Shown piece by piece: positions 24,994 to 28,233 of a stretch of DNA of 28,233 nucleotides. Within the stretch, counting starts at the first letter, position 1; each line of letters starts with the position of its first letter. Both the position numbers and the translations under genes were made by a program. The stretch is from positions 1-28,233 of the IMG/VR virus record IMGVR_UViG_3300017955_000003; one strand, written 5' to 3'. The notes beneath the pieces are model-generated. The model ran no database searches. It was not told where the DNA came from and worked only from the letters and a program-made list of their open reading frames with translations. Source of the stretch: a virus. Lineage: Duplodnaviria > Caudoviricetes.

Positions 24994-27111
24994 ATGAGCA
25001 CAATCACCTTCAACCCGATAATTTCTGGAATTTCGGTCAGCGGGAGCATGGACACCGACCACCAGATAATGCGGCTCAACATGGGCAACTCAGACACCGT
25101 GGGGTCGCTCCAGTTCTCGCTCGCCAACCCCACGGGCCAGTTCTCCCAGCTCACGGTCTCGGGGAACGCCGTCATGCAGTTGGACGCCATGCTGGGAAAC
25201 AGCGTGGTGGAGACCGCCTTCCGAGGCACCATCGAGCGGACGGAGAACGAAGTGACCTACGACCGCGGCTCAGTCACCAAGGTCTTCGCCTACGATTTCG
25301 GCCAAGAACTGCTGGGGCTACTGAGCCCAGACGCTAGGATTCCCTCCGCCCTGCAGGTGGCGCCGCTGTCGGGCCAGACATCGGGGTTCGGGGTGGTGTC
25401 GGTGCTGAGGCAGTCGGGCGACCAGGGCATGGCGACATCCACGGGGCAGGACTTGGTGCTGTTCGTGAGCGGGGCGAACCTGTCCAGCGGGGTGACGGTA
25501 GCCAGCTTCATGTCGCAGTTCTACGGCACGGCGTCAGACCACACGGGCGCGGCCTCGGGCCAACTGTTCAGCTTCAAGCCATACTTCAGCGGCATGGTGG
25601 TGTCAGGGTTCAACGCGGCTTACAGGACTTGGTATTACCCGGACAGCGGGGCGCTAGGCGGAGACCTCAACAACAACTACTGGATGCCCCTGAACGCCAT
25701 CAAGGTCAAGCGGCAATACGCCGGCGACGTGCTCAAGAAGATGACGCGCATGGCCGTCCCCATAGATGTCGCCGGCAACAAGGTCCAGTTCGAGTCCTAT
25801 GTGGGAGTCTCAGGGGATATTCACATCTTCACTTCGGGCTCCAACGAATTTTTCGCGTCGGGGGTGGTATTCCAGTTCTATCCTGCAGGGACCAGCGGAG
25901 CGCCTCTCAACAACATAGTCACGGCCAACATACCGCTGGACACCACGATGCTGAAGAACATAATCGTGGGGCAGTTCCCGGTCTGGACGCAATACCCGCT
26001 GGACGGCGACTCGTTCACCGACATCCCAGCTTTGTCGGGCGGATACTGGGTGACGACATACTCGGGCTATCTGTCTCCTGGTCCGCTCTCGGGGAGCAAG
26101 GTCCAAGGGTTCCTCTCGTCGGCACTCAGCGGCTTCACTCCTGGCACCAACGCAGGACTCATCTCCATCATGGCGACTGGCTACAGCGGAGCCACGGGTG
26201 TCACCAACAACTCGTTCGCCCTGCAGTTCAACTGCTGGCAGAACCTGCCTCTCAACAAGTTCAACGTGGTCTACTCTGGCGGGGTGGGATACGGCGTCGC
26301 CCTCGGTTTCCTCTTCTATCAGGTCTTCAACAACGCCCCCGGCTCGTCGGAGTTCTATGTCTACCTCTACGACACCAGCGGGCGCAACATCTACACCAGC
26401 ACACCGATAAGCACCACGGGACAGTCAGGGTGGGCTCCTCAGTCGCTCGTCATCTTCGGCTCGGGGGGCATCCTCAACTCAAGCGTCTGGAGTGTTGGGC
26501 TCTCCGGCCTGCCGAACATGAACGCCATAGATGTCGTCCAGTTCATCCTGCAGGTCTCCCAGGCGGGAGCGCCCTACAACTGGAGCGCGGCGGTGGACCA
26601 GATGGCGTTCTCGTTCTCCTACCCGTTCAGCCCCATCGAGATATACAACAGCGGCTCGATAGCCGAATACGGAGCCCGCTACGAGACCTTCGAGTATCCC
26701 TACATGACCACGGACCTTGACGCCTCGGGAATCATAACGAGCGAGCTGCTGGCGAGGCAGGCGCCGAAACAGGTGGCGAAGCTGGTGGTGAGGGACAACC
26801 CCGCGCAGTCTTTCAGCTATCAACTAGGGGTCAAGCCGGGGCAGATATTCGTCATCGACGCGCCGACGCTCAACACGGGCTCGGGACAGACCTTCTACTA
26901 CTGGAGAGCCACCTCGGTGGAGCACGACTACGACACCCACACGGGCTTCGAGACTACAATTCAGGCTTACCCGTGGTTCTCGGGCACCTCGGCATTGACG
27001 GCTTATAGCGGGGCCAACATCATCGACTACCAGTTGCCCGTGATTGACTCTCCTGCGGTGTCGAGGCGCTCTGACTACCTCCCGACTGGCTACGTTGGAT
27101 ATACCCCTTAG
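24994..27111 (+). CDS. baseplate hub / tail tip protein
   Basis: FRGTIERTE...VFAYDFGQEL, SIAEYGARY and VKPGQIFVID...VEHDY...FETTI are typical hub motifs. Confidence 0.7.
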   Translation: MSTITFNPIISGISVSGSMDTDHQIMRLNMGNSDTVGSLQFSLANPTGQFSQLTVSGNAVMQLDAMLGNSVVETAFRGTIERTENEVTYDRGSVTKVFAYDFGQELLGLLSPDARIPSALQVAPLSGQTSGFGVVSVLRQSGDQGMATSTGQDLVLFVSGANLSSGVTVASFMSQFYGTASDHTGAASGQLFSFKPYFSGMVVSGFNAAYRTWYYPDSGALGGDLNNNYWMPLNAIKVKRQYAGDVLKKMTRMAVPIDVAGNKVQFESYVGVSGDIHIFTSGSNEFFASGVVFQFYPAGTSGAPLNNIVTANIPLDTTMLKNIIVGQFPVWTQYPLDGDSFTDIPALSGGYWVTTYSGYLSPGPLSGSKVQGFLSSALSGFTPGTNAGLISIMATGYSGATGVTNNSFALQFNCWQNLPLNKFNVVYSGGVGYGVALGFLFYQVFNNAPGSSEFYVYLYDTSGRNIYTSTPISTTGQSGWAPQSLVIFGSGGILNSSVWSVGLSGLPNMNAIDVVQFILQVSQAGAPYNWSAAVDQMAFSFSYPFSPIEIYNSGSIAEYGARYETFEYPYMTTDLDASGIITSELLARQAPKQVAKLVVRDNPAQSFSYQLGVKPGQIFVIDAPTLNTGSGQTFYYWRATSVEHDYDTHTGFETTIQAYPWFSGTSALTAYSGANIIDYQLPVIDSPAVSRRSDYLPTGYVGYTP

Positions 27112-27120
27112 TGAGATAAA

Positions 27121-27678
27121 ATGCCACTCCAATCATTCGGAAACTTCACATTCACCAGCGGGGTCAACCTCACCAAGATAGGCGGACTCATCTGTAAGCG
27201 ATGTGGAAAAGAAACTGAACGGCATAGCAATCATCAGTTGCATTGTCCAGACTGCAAGAAGGCTATCGCCTGTGAGAGAACCAGACTATGGCGACTCGCT
27301 CATCTCGAACAAGCAAAAGAGCAAGTCAAGAAATGGACAAGAGAGCATCCAGAGCGAATACAAGAGATGCATCGCAAGTCGCGCCTAGCACACCCAGAAC
27401 CACAGTGGCTGAAGGCAAGACGCTATCGTGCATGGGCAAAGGCGCATCCCAACACAATCAGATACTATGAAAGCAAACGCAAGGCCAAGCGACGCGGTAT
27501 GCCGATACGATTCACTCTCAATTCGTGGTTTCCCAATTCGCATCTCCACCACCTAGAGACGAACATCGGCATCTACATCCCGAACACTCTACATGATTCG
27601 GTTCGTCACAACCTTCGGACTGGCAAAGGCATGGTTCAAATCAACGAAGCCGCCGCAGGATGGTTGGGGAGTCGATAG
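27121..27678 (+). CDS. HNH-like endonuclease fused to the first 22 codons of the downstream tail gene
   Basis: CKRCG...CPDC, a basic arm, and HLHHL...IYIPNTLHDSVRH. Confidence 0.7.
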   Translation: MPLQSFGNFTFTSGVNLTKIGGLICKRCGKETERHSNHQLHCPDCKKAIACERTRLWRLAHLEQAKEQVKKWTREHPERIQEMHRKSRLAHPEPQWLKARRYRAWAKAHPNTIRYYESKRKAKRRGMPIRFTLNSWFPNSHLHHLETNIGIYIPNTLHDSVRHNLRTGKGMVQINEAAAGWLGSR

Positions 27679-28233
27679 ATGCCACTTCAAGCGTTTGGGC
27701 CGTTCACATTCAGCTCTGGAGTCAACTTGACTAAGATTGATGGTGGCCGCCGCGACATGTATGTCATCGAGCACGCGATTCCGGCGAAGGAAGGCGGCAT
27801 CGTCGAGTATCTCGGCTCGAAGCAGACTACCTACCAACTGAAGGGCATCTTGGCGGCTGATGCTACTGGATTCGCTGGTGCTGTCCTCTCGGGGACGGCC
27901 TACTACGGGGTAAATGCTGATGATGCCCAGTCCTACCTGAAGGCCATCCGAGGTAGCGGGGCGCAACTGCTGGTATTGGAGTCCACGTGGAGCAACCTGT
28001 CGGGTTATCCTGTCCTCTACGAGAACGGGTTCTTCCAAATAGAGAAGGAGACCTTCGGCTTCGAGGGCGGCCACGGCTACCCATACTACCCGTTCACCCT
28101 AGACCTGAGCGGCGCGACCCCGGCGACCTACGGCAACTCGTCGGGCACCCAGACGTTCCCATACAACTCTGGGGTCTACTTCAGCGGATGGGCCTACTAC
28201 TGGCGCCTGTCGGGGACGCAGAAGGGAGAGCGC
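27679..28233 (+). CDS. tail/baseplate protein (partial, distal-tail or tube-initiator-like)
   Basis: Open to the window end, with VIEHAIPAKEGGIVEYLGSKQTTYQLKG. Confidence 0.65.
   Translation, partial: MPLQAFGPFTFSSGVNLTKIDGGRRDMYVIEHAIPAKEGGIVEYLGSKQTTYQLKGILAADATGFAGAVLSGTAYYGVNADDAQSYLKAIRGSGAQLLVLESTWSNLSGYPVLYENGFFQIEKETFGFEGGHGYPYYPFTLDLSGATPATYGNSSGTQTFPYNSGVYFSGWAYYWRLSGTQKGER

Noticed and set aside
12711-26720. Long alternative-frame and antisense ORFs (e.g. 12711-13475, 15232-16221, 15324-16073, 17889-18800, 25629-26720, also 1402-2097)
   Set aside because: These are Arg/His/Gly-rich shadows of GC3-biased real genes. Only the 3' part 12711-12872 is kept as a real gene.
1-28233. tRNA, rRNA, integrase, transposase or replication genes
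   Set aside because: None was recognised by eye. A covariance-model scan was not possible.

Overview
A 28 kb segment of a head-tailed (HK97-fold, Caudoviricetes-like) archaeal virus or provirus. The archaeal call is inferred from TATA-like boxes about 24 nt before leaderless starts, GGTGA/GGAG ribosome-binding sites, many small Zn-finger genes and a bulge-helix-bulge (BHB) intron. The left arm (minus strand) holds a probable portal start, a terminase large subunit split into ATPase and nuclease genes, a sugar-modification cluster (two GT4, one GT-A, a DegT aminotransferase, a GNAT) and Ser-Gly-rich virion proteins. The right arm (plus strand) holds protease/scaffold, major capsid, neck and tail genes. 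Six free-standing endonuclease genes are interspersed. The main finding is a cassette inserted in the tail module (about 21165-22754). It has a putative Cas7/RAMP-like gene flanked by arrays of 4-nt CA-NN units. Read as codon positions 1-2, the NN pairs of the downstream array spell a diverged allele of the C-terminus of the neighbouring tail gene. This suggests a non-contiguous, wobble-skipping RNA guide aimed at related viruses. Other findings are a 21-nt BHB micro-intron in a glycosyltransferase mRNA, endonucleases that bring a recoded copy of their target gene's 5' end, and apparent ATC/TTA/CTG starts. All calls were made by eye and no database search was run.
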